DNA of 64,000 bases, from NCBI RefSeq assembly GCF_006345805.1, contig NC_043005.1, positions 91,760,001 through 91,824,000 on the forward strand, in the 5' to 3' direction. Below are positions 12,677-27,196 of the stretch, in pieces. The translations under genes were made by a program, and so were the position numbers. A model generated the notes under the pieces. That model was not told the DNA's origin. It saw nothing but the letters and a program-made list of their open reading frames with translations, and made no database searches. The stretch is from Octopus sinensis (taxonomy: Eukaryota). Position 1 is the stretch's first letter, and each line of letters begins with the position of its first letter.

Positions 12677-14090
12677 CATCAAGGTATTTGAGAGGGTGGT
12701 GAGATCTCAAATAACCCAATTTCTGGAAAGCAACAGACGGCTGATCTCCAACCAACATGGGTTCCGTAATGGAAGGGACTGCCTAACGCAGCTCCTGCAT
12801 CACTTTGAGGACATTTTGAGAGTTTTGGGAGAGGGCTCCAACACTGATGTCATCTACCTTGATTTCAGTAAGGCCTTCGACAGGGTCGATCACAAGATCC
12901 TATTGAAAAAACTATCCAACATTGGTGTCTCTGGAAAGTTACTGAAATGGATCAAGTTTCCTGACAGACAGATCTCAACATGTTGTAGTTGAAGGGGTAA
13001 AATCAAGCCAGCCAAAGTCAGTAGTGGCGTTCCGCAAGGCACTGTGCTGGGCCCACTTCTTTTCATCATTTACATTAATGATATTAATGACATCATCAAG
13101 CACAGCAACATAAAAATCTTTGCAGATGACTCCAAGCTACAGAAGGTCATAAATGAGGCGAGTGACCGGACATGCCTTCAGTCAGATCTCATGCTGTTAT
13201 CCAATGGGCAGAAAAAACAATATGCTGCTGAACGAGGATAAATTTGAGCTAATCCACTTTGGAAAAGAGGATGCCCTGAAACTCCCATACTCCCTTCCTT
13301 CAGGTGAAAACTCTCGCGGCGTCCAACAACATCAGAGACTTGGGAGTAATTGTGGACAACAACATAAGCTGGGCCACTCATATAAACACCAAAGTTGACA
13401 TGGCCCGCCGCAGAATGTGTTCCTGGATTCTCAGAACTTTCCAGTCGAGAGATATATCCACACCATTATCCTCTCTTCTCCACTTTTGCCCGACCCCACC
13501 TTGAATACTGTTGTCCACTGTGGTCTCCCCACACAATACAAGGTATCATAAAAGTTGAAGCACCTCAAAGGGCAATCACAAAAAAGATAGATGGATGACA
13601 GGCCTCGACTATTGGGGTCGACTAGAAAAGCTAAAACTCTATTCTCTCCAACGTCATCGTGAGCGCTACATCATCTGCATGATGTGGAAAATATTCCATC
13701 AGCATTGCCCAAATGATGTTGGCATCACCTTCAAGGTACATCCAAGGCTTGGGCCCCGTGCCATCCGCCCAAAACAAAATCGCACTCTCATCTCATAACA
13801 ACAATACGGCACAATTATTTCACCTCAATTGGCCCCGCTCTCTTTAACGTTACACCAAAAAACATTAAAACAGAAACTGACCCTATAGGGTTCAAGAAGT
13901 CTTTGGACAGATTCCTTCAAGAAATCCGGATAAAACCCCCTACACCCGGATATGTCTCTGTAAACAATAACTCTCTACTTGAGTGGGGCCATAGTGCCCA
14001 ATTCTGACTTGAAAGACTTCACCAGGTGGTGCTATAAGTTAGACATGGCCTGGGCCAATAATGGCCGAAACCTATCAAAGTATCAAAGTA
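12677..14090 (+). mobile_element. 5'-truncated CR1-clade LINE (family A), decayed RT
   Basis: KVFERVVR...NQHGFR...[13 protein letters not shown]...GVPQGTVLGPLLF...FADDSKL...RPHLEYCCPLWSP; 3' tail (TATCAAAG)2. Confidence 0.9.
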
Positions 14091-14105
14091 TACACATATT
14101 AATAT

Positions 14106-14140
<35 letters not shown>

Positions 14141-14150
14141 ATATATATAT

Positions 14151-14184
<34 letters not shown>

Positions 14185-14392
14185 CATATATATATACTAT
14201 ATATATATATCTATATATAATATATACATATATATATAAAATATATACTATATATATATATATAATCATATATATATTATACATATAATATATACATATA
14301 TATATATAACATATATATATATATACATATATATTATATATATATATAATATATATATATAATATATATTATATATATACATATATATATAC

Positions 14393-14425
<33 letters not shown>

Positions 14426-14798
14426 AATATAATAATATATATACATAATATATACATATATATATATATACATATATAATATATATATATAGATCTATAT
14501 ATTATATATATACATATATATATATATACTATACATATATATATACATACATATATATATAATACATATATATATATACATATATAATATACATATATAT
14601 ATATACATACATATATATATACATACATATATATCTATATACATATATATATATATACATACATATATATATACATACATATATATATATATATACATAC
14701 ATATATATATATATATCATACATATATACATATACATACATATATACATATACATACATAATATAACATACATATATACATATAATAGATATATATAC

Positions 14799-14829
<31 letters not shown>

Positions 14830-14856
14830 CATACATTTATATATATACATATATAT
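14091..14856. repeat. (TA)n/(CATA)n array
   Basis: Direct inspection. Confidence 0.95.
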
Positions 14857-15662
14857 ATTTAAATAATGAGGAGATAAATTATATTTATTTTAATATCAAT
14901 TTAAAACCAGTAGTCCAGCATACAAAAATCTGAGGAGTCAGAGAAAATTCTAATATATGTGTATATTGGCAGGGCTTACTGCTAGGGAGTCGGCCATATG
15001 CTAGAAATAGACCATCAATGGTCAAACTACAAGGAAATTCTCTAGAGGAAAAATACAGCGAACACCAGAACCAATTTTGGCGGGCATGACAGATGAAAAT
15101 TTATATAGAAAACAGAATTAAATGCATACCTCGGTTTCAGCCTTAACAAGAGAATTACTTATGCAATCCAAATGTCCGTGCTTTTTCAGTGCATCCGTTC
15201 ATAGTAATGTAAGCGGAAAAGCTAACCCCAGCTTTCGTGCCAGTACAGACACGTGTGTAGCTTTACCGATTACACTAGTGATAAAATTTCAAATGTCTTG
15301 GCTCTGGCGCACTAATAAATTTCTGAGGCGAAGGGCTGCAGTAAATAATTCACTGCGGTTCGGGCTTAGTACTAGAGAACGTATTTATTTCAATATTTAA
15401 ATAATGAGGGAGATAAATTAATATTAATTTTAATATCAATTTAAAACCAGTAGTCCAGCATACAAAAATCTGAGGAGTCAGAGAAAATTCTAATATATGT
15501 GTATATTGGCAGGGCTTACTGCTAGGGAGTCGGCCATATGCTAGAAATAGACCATCACGGTCAAACTACAAGGAAATTCTCTAGAGGAAAAATACAGCTT
15601 GACCGTTGATGGTCTATTTCTAGCATATGGCCGACTCCCTAGCAGTAGCCCTGCCAATATAC
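14857..15662 (-). mobile_element. Non-coding partial-tandem element with a hammerhead motif (PLE-derived / retrozyme-like)
   Basis: ~203-bp direct repeats at 14857-15059 and 15395-15598; terminal 64-bp inversion (15599-15662 vs 15501-15564); hammerhead in the spacer; flanked by TA arrays. Confidence 0.6.
15122..15194 (-). ncRNA. Type I hammerhead-like motif with a large loop II
   Basis: ATGCA-CTGAAAA-AGC(38 nt)GCT-GAAAC CGAG GTA-TGCAT; stem I 5 bp; C3/A8 mismatch. Confidence 0.5.
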
Positions 15663-15698
15663 ATATACATATATATATATATACATATATATACACAC

Positions 15699-15731
<33 letters not shown>

Positions 15732-15853
15732 CACACATATATATATACACATATATATATATATATACATATATAATATAATATATATATAACACATAGA
15801 TATATATATATACACATATATATATATATATACACATATATATATGTATACAC

Positions 15854-15898
<45 letters not shown>

Positions 15899-15901
<3 letters not shown>

Positions 15902-17770
15902 TTGAGGTATTTCGTGTTGCAAGACAGTGTGTGAGAGAGAATCATGACGTGGTAGGAGAGAAATGTGTTCGCAAGGATGACGGTTCACTTGCGCTAAATG
16001 AGGATGCAAAGAGAGAGGTTTGGAGACGCCACTATGAAAGTTTGCTGAATGAGGAAAATGAATGGGATAAAGAGAGTCTGCCGAATGTCGACCCAACAGA
16101 GGGACCAGCAATCCGAGTTGACAGTTCCTTAGTAGTTAAGGCAATTACAAGCATGAAAATAGGGAAAGCCCCAGGCCCATCAGGAATTACTGCAGAGATG
16201 CTCAAAATATCTGGTAGTGTCGGTTATAGCCTAGTCACCCGTATAGTTAACCAGGTGATACACGAAGGAGTCATACCCAATGACTGGTTTAGCAGCATAA
16301 TAGTAAACTGCTACAAAGGTAAAGGTGACACCCTAGATACAAATAACTACAGGGGTATCAAGCTGCTGGATCAGGTAATGAAGGTTACGGAGAGGGTTAT
16401 AGCCCAACTAATTAGAGAGAGAATTAGCTTAGATGAGATGCAGTTTGGGTTCGTGCCAGGGACAAGTACTACTGATGCTATATTCTGGTAAGACAGCTGC
16501 AGGAGAAATACCTAGCCAAAGATAGCCCTGTACCTGGCTTTTGTTGACATGGAGAAGCTTCGACAGGGTCCCCCAATCCCTTATCTGGTGGTCAATGAGG
16601 AAACTAGGGATAGATGAATGGTTAGTTAGAGCTGTGCGAGCCATGTACAGAGACGCCGCTAGTAAGGTGAGGGTTGGCAACGAGTACAGTGAAGAATTCC
16701 AGGTAGAGGTTGGGGTCCACCAAGGCTCAGTCCTCAGCCCCCTCCTATTTATCATAGTCCTCCAGGCAATAACGGAGGAATTCAAGACAGGATGCCCCTG
16801 GGAGCTCCTCTATGCTGATGACCTTGCTCTAATTGCTGAGTCACTATCAGAACTGGAGGAGAAGTTTCAGATGTGGAAGCAAGGATTAGAATCGAAGGGC
16901 CTTAGAGTCAACCTAGCTAAAACCAAAGTCCTAATAAGTAGGAAGGTAGACAAATCCCAAACGCCTTCGGGTAGATGGCCCTGCTCGATCTGTAAAAATG
17001 GTGTTGGTAGAAACTCTATAAGGTGCACCAAGTGCAAGCTATGGACACATGAGAGGTGTAGCAATGTCAAAGGAAGGCTAACTAGGAAAATAGTTTTTGT
17101 ATGTGGCAGATGCTCAGGTGTAATAAACACTGAAAATGTGCAGAGACCAACGTCTACCACGTTCCAGGGAGAAAAACTAGAAGTAGTTGATAGCTTCCGC
17201 TACCTAGGTGACCAAGTCAGTAGCGGGGGTGGGTGTGCTGAAAGTGTAACTGCTAGAGTAAGAATAGCCTGGGCAAAGTTCAGAGAGCTCTTACCTCTGC
17301 TGGTGACAAAAGGCCTCTCGCTCAGAGTAAAAGGCAGACTGTATGACACATGTGTACGAACAGCCATGCTACATGGCAGTGAAACATGCGCTGTGACTGC
17401 TGAGGATATGCGTAAGCTCACAAGAAATGAAGCCAGTATGCTCCGATGGATGTGTAATGTCAGTGTTCATAATCGACAGAGTGTAAGTACCTTGAGAGAA
17501 AAGTTGGACCTAAGAAGCATCAGTTGTGGTGTGCAAGAGAGACGTTTGCGCTGGTATGGTCATGTGGCGAGAATGGATGAAGATAGTTGTGTGAAGAAGT
17601 GCCACACCCTAGCGGTTGAGGGAACCTGTGGAAGATTTAGACCCAGGAAAACCTGGGACGTGGTGGTGAAGCACGACCTCCGAACTTTAGGTCCCACCGA
17701 GGAAATGACTAGAGACCGAGACCTATGGAAGTATGCTGTGCGTGAAAAGACCGGCAGGACAAGTGAGACC
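15899..17770 (+). pseudogene. RTE RT domain with an inserted C4HC3 (PHD-like) finger
   Basis: ORFs 15844-16491 and 16541-17863 joined by frameshifts at ~16485-16560. Confidence 0.88.
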
Positions 17771-18290
17771 ATAACCCATGGCCTCTATCTGGGATGTAGC
17801 CAGTCCACTTATGTATACCTTTCCTTCTTGGGGCACAAAACTCTACTTGTGAAGACCTGTTGAGGCAAGTAGAAATCAAAATCAAAATCGATCAACATCA
17901 ATGGAAATTGTAGCTGTAATACCAGTGCCGGTGGCACGTAAGCGAACCATCAAAATGTGGCCATTGCCAGCGCCACCCCGATGGGCCTCCGTGCGGGCGG
18001 CACGTAAAAAGCACCATCCAATCGTGGCCGTTGCCAGCCTTGCCTGGCCCCCGTGCTGGTGGCATGTAAAAAGCACCCTCCGATCGTGGCCGTTGCCAGC
18101 CTCGCCTGCCCCCATGCTGGTGGTACGTAAAAAGCACCATCCGACCATGGCCGTTTGCCAGACCTGTCTGGCACCTGTGCAGGTGGCACGTAAAAAGCAC
18201 CCACTACACTCACGGAGTGGTTGGCGTTAGGAAGGGCATCCAGCCGTAGAAACACTGCCATATCTGACTGGGCCTGATGAAGCCTTCTGG
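15899..18290 (+). mobile_element. 5'-truncated RTE-clade LINE (family A) with RT and a repeat-containing 3' UTR
   Basis: KAPGPSG, NYRGIKLL, QFGFVPG, GVHQGSVLSPLLF, LLYADDL, FRYLGD, RRLRWYGHVARM; 3' UTR with ~55-bp subrepeats; terminal ~60 nt missing. Confidence 0.92.
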
Positions 18291-19870
18291 GGAGAGTTTG
18301 TGAAGAATTCTACACCAAGCTCTCTAAGTCTACCAGAAATGTCCAGCCATTACCACCACTCCAACAAGAAGAAAACGTGCCACCTATCTTTGTCAGCGAG
18401 GTTGAAAGAGCCATCGGCTCGATGAAAAACGGAAAGGCTCCAGGGAAAGACAGTATTACATCGGAGGTGCTAAAGTCAGGCAGAGAGCAGCTCTGGAAAA
18501 TCCTCGCTGAGCGATTTACGCACTATCTAGACGAGGGAAAATACCATCCTGCTGTATAAGAAGGGCGACAGAGAAGATCTAAAGAACTACCGACCCATAT
18601 GTCTGCTGTCTCACGTATACAAGCTGTTCACGAAGATAATTCTGACAGGTTGTCACGTCATTCGACGAACAAACAACCGAGGGAGGTGAAAGCAGGCTTC
18701 CGAAGAAAGAACTACGCACAATGGACCATATATTTGCTCTAACGCAACTGCTTAGCGAGCAAATGAGTACAAGCTGCCTCTTTGCGTTGCGTTTTTATAG
18801 ATTATGAGAAGGCATTTTGATAGCATCGAAACCAACACAGTGCTGAACTTGCTGCAGAGGCAAGGAATCAAGCGCAATATGTGCAGCTGCTCAGAGAGGC
18901 AAATTCCGGATGCACCACCGACATAGCTCTACTGTCATCACCCATACGGAGTGCCGGTCAAGAAGGGAGTGAAGCAAGGAGATACAATCCCCAAAACTTT
19001 TCAGCATGTCTCGAACAGATCATCAGAGGCATCGAACGGCAAGGTGGTGTCAACATCAATGGCGAGCTCCTCACTCACCTCCGTGTCGCTGACGACATCG
19101 TACTCATCGCTGAAAACATGGATCAGCTTCAGACCATGCTGACGGAGCTTGACATCAAAAGTTCGCAGTAGGTCTCAGATGAACCGCATGAAAACAAAGT
19201 TCATGCGGTCAGACAACGTACCAACAGGTCGAATGGTGATCGGCAGTGATGAAATAGAGGAGGGGTGAGAGAATATGTCTACCTGGGACAGGAAGTAAAT
19301 ATGTGCCGGGATATCAAAACGAGATCTCACGGAGAGTAAGGGCCGGATGGAAGGCGTTCAATGGCATAAGGGATGTGCTCAAGGGAAGGTGGAAGGCCGG
19401 ACCCCCGCGCCAACCTCATTAACAGTGCAGTTCTGCCTGCAATGTTATATGGTAGTGAAACATGGGCTACCACAAAGAGAGAAGAGCAAAGACTGATAAC
19501 GGCTCAAGAGCCATGGAAAGGTCAATGCTTGGTATCTCGTTGAGAGAGCACATAAGTAGCAAGATCATCAGAAAGAAATCTGGCATGAGAAATGTCATCG
19601 CAGAGTATACACGCAGCAAGTATAAATGGGCTGGAAACGTCGCCCGGCTCACCGATAATCGGTGGACGCACGCAGTTGTCTAGTGGTACCCGCGTGAGGG
19701 GAAAAGACCACCCGGAAGACCTCAATGACGGTGGAATTACGATTTCAGGAGGACGATTGGGATCACGTGGATGAGAAAGGCGCGATCCAGAGAGGAGTGG
19801 ACAGCGTGCTGTGATCAGCGGTGTCAAATGGATGCCTGACGGACTGGTCGGGTCAAAGTGATCAAAGTGA
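18291..19870 (+). mobile_element. 5'-truncated RTE-clade LINE (family B), decayed
   Basis: [70 protein letters not shown]; tail (TCAAAGTGA)2. Confidence 0.88.
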
Positions 19871-19894
19871 TATATATATATGTGTGTGTGTGTG

Positions 19895-19940
<46 letters not shown>

Positions 19941-19993
19941 GTATATATTTGTGTTGGTGTGGTGGTGTGTGTGTGTGTGTGTTGTGTATATAT

Positions 19994-20026
<33 letters not shown>

Positions 20027-20279
20027 GTGTGTATATATATGTGTGTGTGTATATATGTGTGTGTGTATATAGTGTGTGTGTATATATGTGTGTGTGTGTA
20101 TATATGTGTGTGTGTGTGATATATGGTTGTGTGTGTATATATGTGTGGGTGTGTGTGTTATGTGTTGTGTATAGTGTGGGTGTGTATATGTGTGTGTTTA
20201 TATATATATGTGTGGTGTATATATATATGGTATATATATATAAATATGTGTGTGTTATAATATATGTGTGTGTGTGTTG

Positions 20280-20326
<47 letters not shown>

Positions 20327-20573
20327 GATTATATATATCAGTATATATTATACATGTATATATATATTATGTAATAGTATATATTAATATATGTATATAT
20401 ATGTATATTATATATTGTATAATGTATATATATGTGTATTATATAATAGTATATAATGTGTATATGTATATAAATGTATATATAGGTGTGATATGTATAT
20501 ATATATGTATATATATGTGGATATATATATATATTGTATATATACATGTATATAGATAATATATGTATATATC

Positions 20574-20612
<39 letters not shown>

Positions 20613-20854
20613 TATGACGTGTGATATATTATATATATGTGTGTGGGGTTATATATATATATATATGTATATATATGTGTATATATATATATAATGTATA
20701 TATATGTGTATATATATATATGTAATATATGTGTATATATATATATATGTATATATGTGTTATATATTATATATATATATGTATATATATATGTGTATTA
20801 TATATATTATATATATATATGTATATATATGTGTATATATATATATATGTATAT

Positions 20855-20920
<66 letters not shown>

Positions 20921-21814
20921 ATGTGTAGATATATATATATATATATATATGTGTGTATATATATTATATAAGTATATATATATGTGTTATATGTGTATAT
21001 TATATATATGTATATATGTATATGTTATATATGTATATATATATATGTATATGTATATATATATGTATATATATATATGTAATATATATATGTATATATA
21101 TATATATATATAGGTATATTATATATACTAGTATAATATATGTATATATATATATGTATATATATGATATATATATATAGTATATAATATATGTTATATA
21201 TATGTTATATATATATATATATGTATGTGTATAATATATATGTGTATATATATGTATATATATATTATATATATATGTGTATATATATGTGATATATATA
21301 TGTTATATATATGTGTATATATATCTGTGTATATATATGTGTATATTATGTTGTATATATATATGTGTATCTATATGTGTATATATATGTGTATATATAT
21401 GTGTATTATATAGTGTAATATATATGTGTATATATATGTGTATATTATTATGTGTATATATATGTGTCTATATATGTGTATATATATATGTATATATATG
21501 TGTAATATATGTGTATATATATATATTATATATGTGTATATATGTGTATATATATGTATGTATATATATGTATATATATATGTATTATATATATGTGTAT
21601 ATATATATGTGTATATATTATGTATATATGTATATATATGTGATATATATGTTAATATATGTATGTAATATATGTATATATATATAGTATATTATATGTA
21701 TATATATATGTATATATATGTATATATTATATGTATATATGTATATATATGTATGTATATATATATATATATATGTATGATATATATATATATATATATA
21801 TGTTATATATATGT

Positions 21815-21845
<31 letters not shown>

Positions 21846-21846
21846 G

Positions 21847-21877
<31 letters not shown>

Positions 21878-23084
21878 GTATATATATATATGTATATTAT
21901 ATATATATATGTATATATATATGTAATATATATATGATATATGTGTTATAAGTATATATGTATATATATATGTTATATATTATATATATATATGTATATA
22001 TATATGTATATATTATATGTTATATATATGTATATATATAGTAAATATAGATGTATATATATATATGTATATATAGGTGTATATATATATTATATATATA
22101 TGTATATATATTATGTAGTATATATATATATATATATATATGTGTATATATATGTATATAATATAGTATATATGTATTATATATATAGGTATATAATATA
22201 TATGTATATGTATATATATATGTATATATATATACGTATATAATGTATATGTATATATATGCAATATATATATTATGTATATATTATATGTATATTATGT
22301 ATATATATATATATATATGTATGTGTAGATATATAGTGTTGTATATATATATGTATATATAGTGTATATATATATGTATATATATGTTGTATATATATGT
22401 GTATATATATGTGTATATATATGTGTAGATATATGTATGTATATATATGTGTATATATATTGTGTATATATATATTGTATATATAAGGTATATATATGTG
22501 TATATATATTGTATATATATGTGTATATATGTGTATTATATATGTATATATAGTGTATATATATGTGTATATATTATATGTATATATATGTGTCATATTA
22601 TGTATGTATTATATGTGTATATATATGTATGTATATATATGTGTATATATATATATGTATATTATATGTATAATGTATATATATATGTATATATGTATAT
22701 ATATGTGTATTATATGTATATATATATGTATATATAGTATATAATATATGTATATATATGTATATAGATGTATATATAGTATATATATATAGTATATATA
22801 TATGTATATATATATGTATATATATATGTATATATATGTATATATATATGTATATATATATAGTATATATATATGTATATATAATAGTATATATAGTATA
22901 TATAATATATATGGTATATATATATGTATATATATATATATGTATATATATGTATATATATATGTATATATATATGTATATATATGTATAATATATTATG
23001 TATATATATATGTATATATATATATGGTATATATATGTATATATATATCTGTATATTATATATGTATATATAATGTAATATATG

Positions 23085-23115
<31 letters not shown>

Positions 23116-23659
23116 GTATATATATATGTATAATAGATATGTATTATATATATATATATATGTATGTTATATATAGATATATATGTATGTATATATATAT
23201 GTATGTGTATATATGTATATGTATATATATTATATTATATATGTATATATATGTATGTATATGTTATATATTATGTATGTATATATATATGTATGTAATA
23301 TATATGTAGTTATATATATATGTATGTATATATTGTGGTATATGTATATATGTATATTTATATGTATGTATTATATATGTGTATATATTTATTATGTATA
23401 TATGTATGTATATATATATGTAGGTATATATATATGTATGTATATATGTGTATATATATATATGTATATTATATGTATGATATATATATATATGTATGTA
23501 TAATATATGTATGTATATATATGTATATGTATCTATGGTATATATATTATATATTATATATATGTATGTATATATATATATATATATATGTATTATATAT
23601 ATGTGTTATATATATATATGTGATATATATAGTTGTATATATATATATGTATATATATG

Positions 23660-23690
<31 letters not shown>

Positions 23691-23730
23691 GTTGTATATG
23701 TATATATATATTATGTGTATATATATATGG

Positions 23731-23763
<33 letters not shown>

Positions 23764-24056
23764 GTAATATTATATATATATGTATATAGTATTGTATATA
23801 TATATATGCTATGTATATATATATATGATATATGTATTGTTATATATATATGGATTACACTTATAATATAGTCTATATATGTATGTATATATATAGATAT
23901 ATTGTATATATATGTATGTATATATATATATGGAATATATGTATGTAGATATGTTATATGTATATAATATGTATATATATATATACAATATATATATGTA
24001 TATATATGTGTATATATGTATATATAGTTGTATATATGTCTATATATGTGTATATA

Positions 24057-24093
<37 letters not shown>

Positions 24094-24130
24094 TATATGT
24101 ATTATTATATATCTATGTATGCATATATAT
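19871..24130. repeat. ~4.2 kb degenerate (TG)n to (TA/TATG)n array
   Basis: Direct inspection. Confidence 0.95.
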
Positions 24131-25837
24131 GACACCATTGTGACACTGTGAAGACCGTTGGAGGCAGTGTATGACACTTGTGAAGACTGTTGAGGCAAGT
24201 GTGTGACACTTGTGAAGACCTGTTGAGGCAGAGGCAAGTGTGTGACACTTTGTGAAGACCTGTTGAAACAGAGGCAAGTGGGTGTGACACTTGTGAAGAC
24301 CTGTTGAGGCAAGTGAAAATCAAACCAAATCAAAATAGATGAACATCAATGGAATTGGTATCTTGCGGTACCAGGACCGGTGGCACAAAAGAAAACCATC
24401 CGAACGTGGCCGTAGCCAGTACCGCATCGACTGGCCTCTGTGATGTGGGCACATAACAAACACCATCCGATCGTGGTGGCCCCTACCTGGGACGTAGTCA
24501 GTCCACCTGTGCATATCTTCCTTCTTGTGACACTTGTGAAGACCTGTTGAGGCAAATGAAAATCAACAAATCAAAAAATTCAAAACAAATCAAAATAGAT
24601 GAACATCAATGGAATCTGTATCTCTGTGGTACCAGTGCCAGTGGCACACAACGAAAACCATCGAACGTGGCTGTAGCCAGTACCGCATCGACTGGCCTCC
24701 GTGCTGTGGGCACATAACAAACGCCATCCGATCGTGGCCGTTCGCCAGCCTCATCTGGCAACCTGTCCGAAGACCCGGCAAGACTAGTCAGGCCATAGCC
24801 CGTGGCCCCTTCCTGGGACGTAGTCAGTCCACCTGTGCATAACCTCCCTTCTTATGACACTTGTGAAGACCTGTTGAGGGCAAACAAGTGCTAATCAAAT
24901 CAAATGACACTTGTGAAGACCAGTTGAGGCAAGTGATATAATAATAATAATAATAATATAATCATAATCAAATCAAATCAAAACAAATCAAAATAGATGA
25001 ACATCAATGGAATTTGTATCTTTGTGGTACCAATGCCGGTGGCACACAAGAAAACCATCCGAACGTGGCGGTAGCCAGTACCACATCGACTGGCCTCCGT
25101 GCTGTGGGCACGTAACAAACACCATCCGATCGTGGCCGTTCGCCAGCCTCATCTGGCACCTGTGTTGGTGGCACATAAAAACACCATCCAAAGACCCAGC
25201 AAGACTAGTCAGGCCATAACCCGTGGCCCCTACCTGGGACGTAGTCAGTCCACCTGTGCATACCTTCCTTCTTATGACACTTGTGAAGACCTGTTGAGGC
25301 AAGTATGTGACACTTGTGAAGACCTGTTGAGGCAAGTGAAAATCAAAATCAAACCAAATCAAAATAGATGAACATCAATGGAATTTGTATCTTTGTGGTA
25401 CCAGTGCTGGTGGCACACAAGAAAACCATCCGAACGTGGCCGTAGCCAGTACCGCATCGACTGGCCCCCGTGCTGTGGGCACGTACAAACACCATCCATC
25501 GTGGCCGTTCGCCAGCTCATCTGGCACTTGTGTCGGTGGCACATAAAAACACCATCCGAGCGTGGCCGTCTGCCAGCCTCGTCTGGCACCTGTTGCGGTG
25601 GCACATAAAAAACACCATCCGAGTGTGGCCGTTCGCCAGCCTCGTCTGGCACCTGTGTCGGTGGCACATAAAATCACCCACTACACTCTCGGAGTGGTTG
25701 GCGTTAGGAAGGGCATCCAGCTGTAGAAACACTGCCAGATCTGACTGGCCTGGTGCAGCCTTCGGGCTCCCCAGACTCCAGTTGAACCGTCCAACCCATG
25801 CTAGCATGGAAAGCGGATGTTAAATGATGATGATGAT
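24131..25837 (+). repeat. Head-to-tail tandem array of the RTE-A ORF end and 3' UTR
   Basis: Four copies of the AAATCAAAATAGATGAACATCAATGGAA... unit plus ~28-bp GACACTTGTGAAGACCTGTTGAGGCAAGT subrepeats; last copy ends in the full 3' terminus and (TGA)n. Confidence 0.85.
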
Positions 25838-25840
25838 ATG

Positions 25841-25871
<31 letters not shown>

Positions 25872-25890
25872 ATATATATATATATGTATG

Positions 25891-25924
<34 letters not shown>

Positions 25925-26108
25925 TGTATATGTAGTATATATATGTATATGTATGTATATATATATATCTGTATGATATATATATATGTATGTATATATA
26001 TATATGTATGTATATATATATATTGTAGTATTATATAATATATATATGTATATATTATATATGTATAGTTATGTTATATATATATATATATGTATATATA
26101 TATGTATG

Positions 26109-26148
<40 letters not shown>

Positions 26149-26367
26149 TGTATGTATATTATATATGTATATATATATATGTATATATATATATGTATTA
26201 TATATATATGTATATATAATATATGTATATATATAGAGGTATATATATGTATATATTATATTGTATATATATATATATGTATTATATATATATATTATAT
26301 ATATATGTATATATATATATGTAATATATATATATATGTATATATATGTATATATATATATTTATTG

Positions 26368-26401
<34 letters not shown>

Positions 26402-27196
26402 GTATATATATGTATATATATATATATGTATATATATGTATATATAGATATATATGTATATATATAAGATATATATATATATGTATATATAATATATGTA
26501 TATATATGTATATATAGTATATATGTATATATGTATATATGTATATATGTATATATAATATATGTATATATATATATATAGTATGTATATATATATATAT
26601 GTATATATATATATAATGTATATATATGTATATATGTATATATATATATATGTATGTATATATATGTTATATATATATAATGTATGTAGATATATGTATA
26701 TATGTATATATATATATGTATGTATATATATATATGTATGTATATATATATATGTATGTATATATATATATGTATATATATTATATGTATGTATATATAT
26801 ATATATATGTATGTATATATATATATATGTATTTAATTATATGTATGTATGTATATATATATATAATAATATATTGTATCTATTGTATGTATATATATGT
26901 ATATATATCTAGTATATATATGTATGTATATATATCATATGTATGTATATATATATATGTATGTATATATATATATGTATGTATATATATATATGTGTAT
27001 ATATATATATGTGTATATATATATATGTATATATATGTGTATATATATATGTATATATATGTGTATATGTGTATATATACATGTATGTATATATATGTGT
27101 ATATATATATATATGTATGTACATATATGTGTATATATATATGTATGTACATATATGTGTATATATATATATGTACATATATGTGTATATATATAT
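25838..27196. repeat. (TA)n/(TATG)n array
   Basis: Direct inspection. Confidence 0.95.

Noticed and set aside
14925-14955. CTGAGGA...GAAA in the A repeat as a second hammerhead
   Set aside because: No stem II, stem I or helix III pairing; only a TCTGA/TCAGA hairpin
18270-18295. CTGATGA in the RTE-A 3' UTR
   Set aside because: No downstream GAAA or stems; other copies read CTGGTGC
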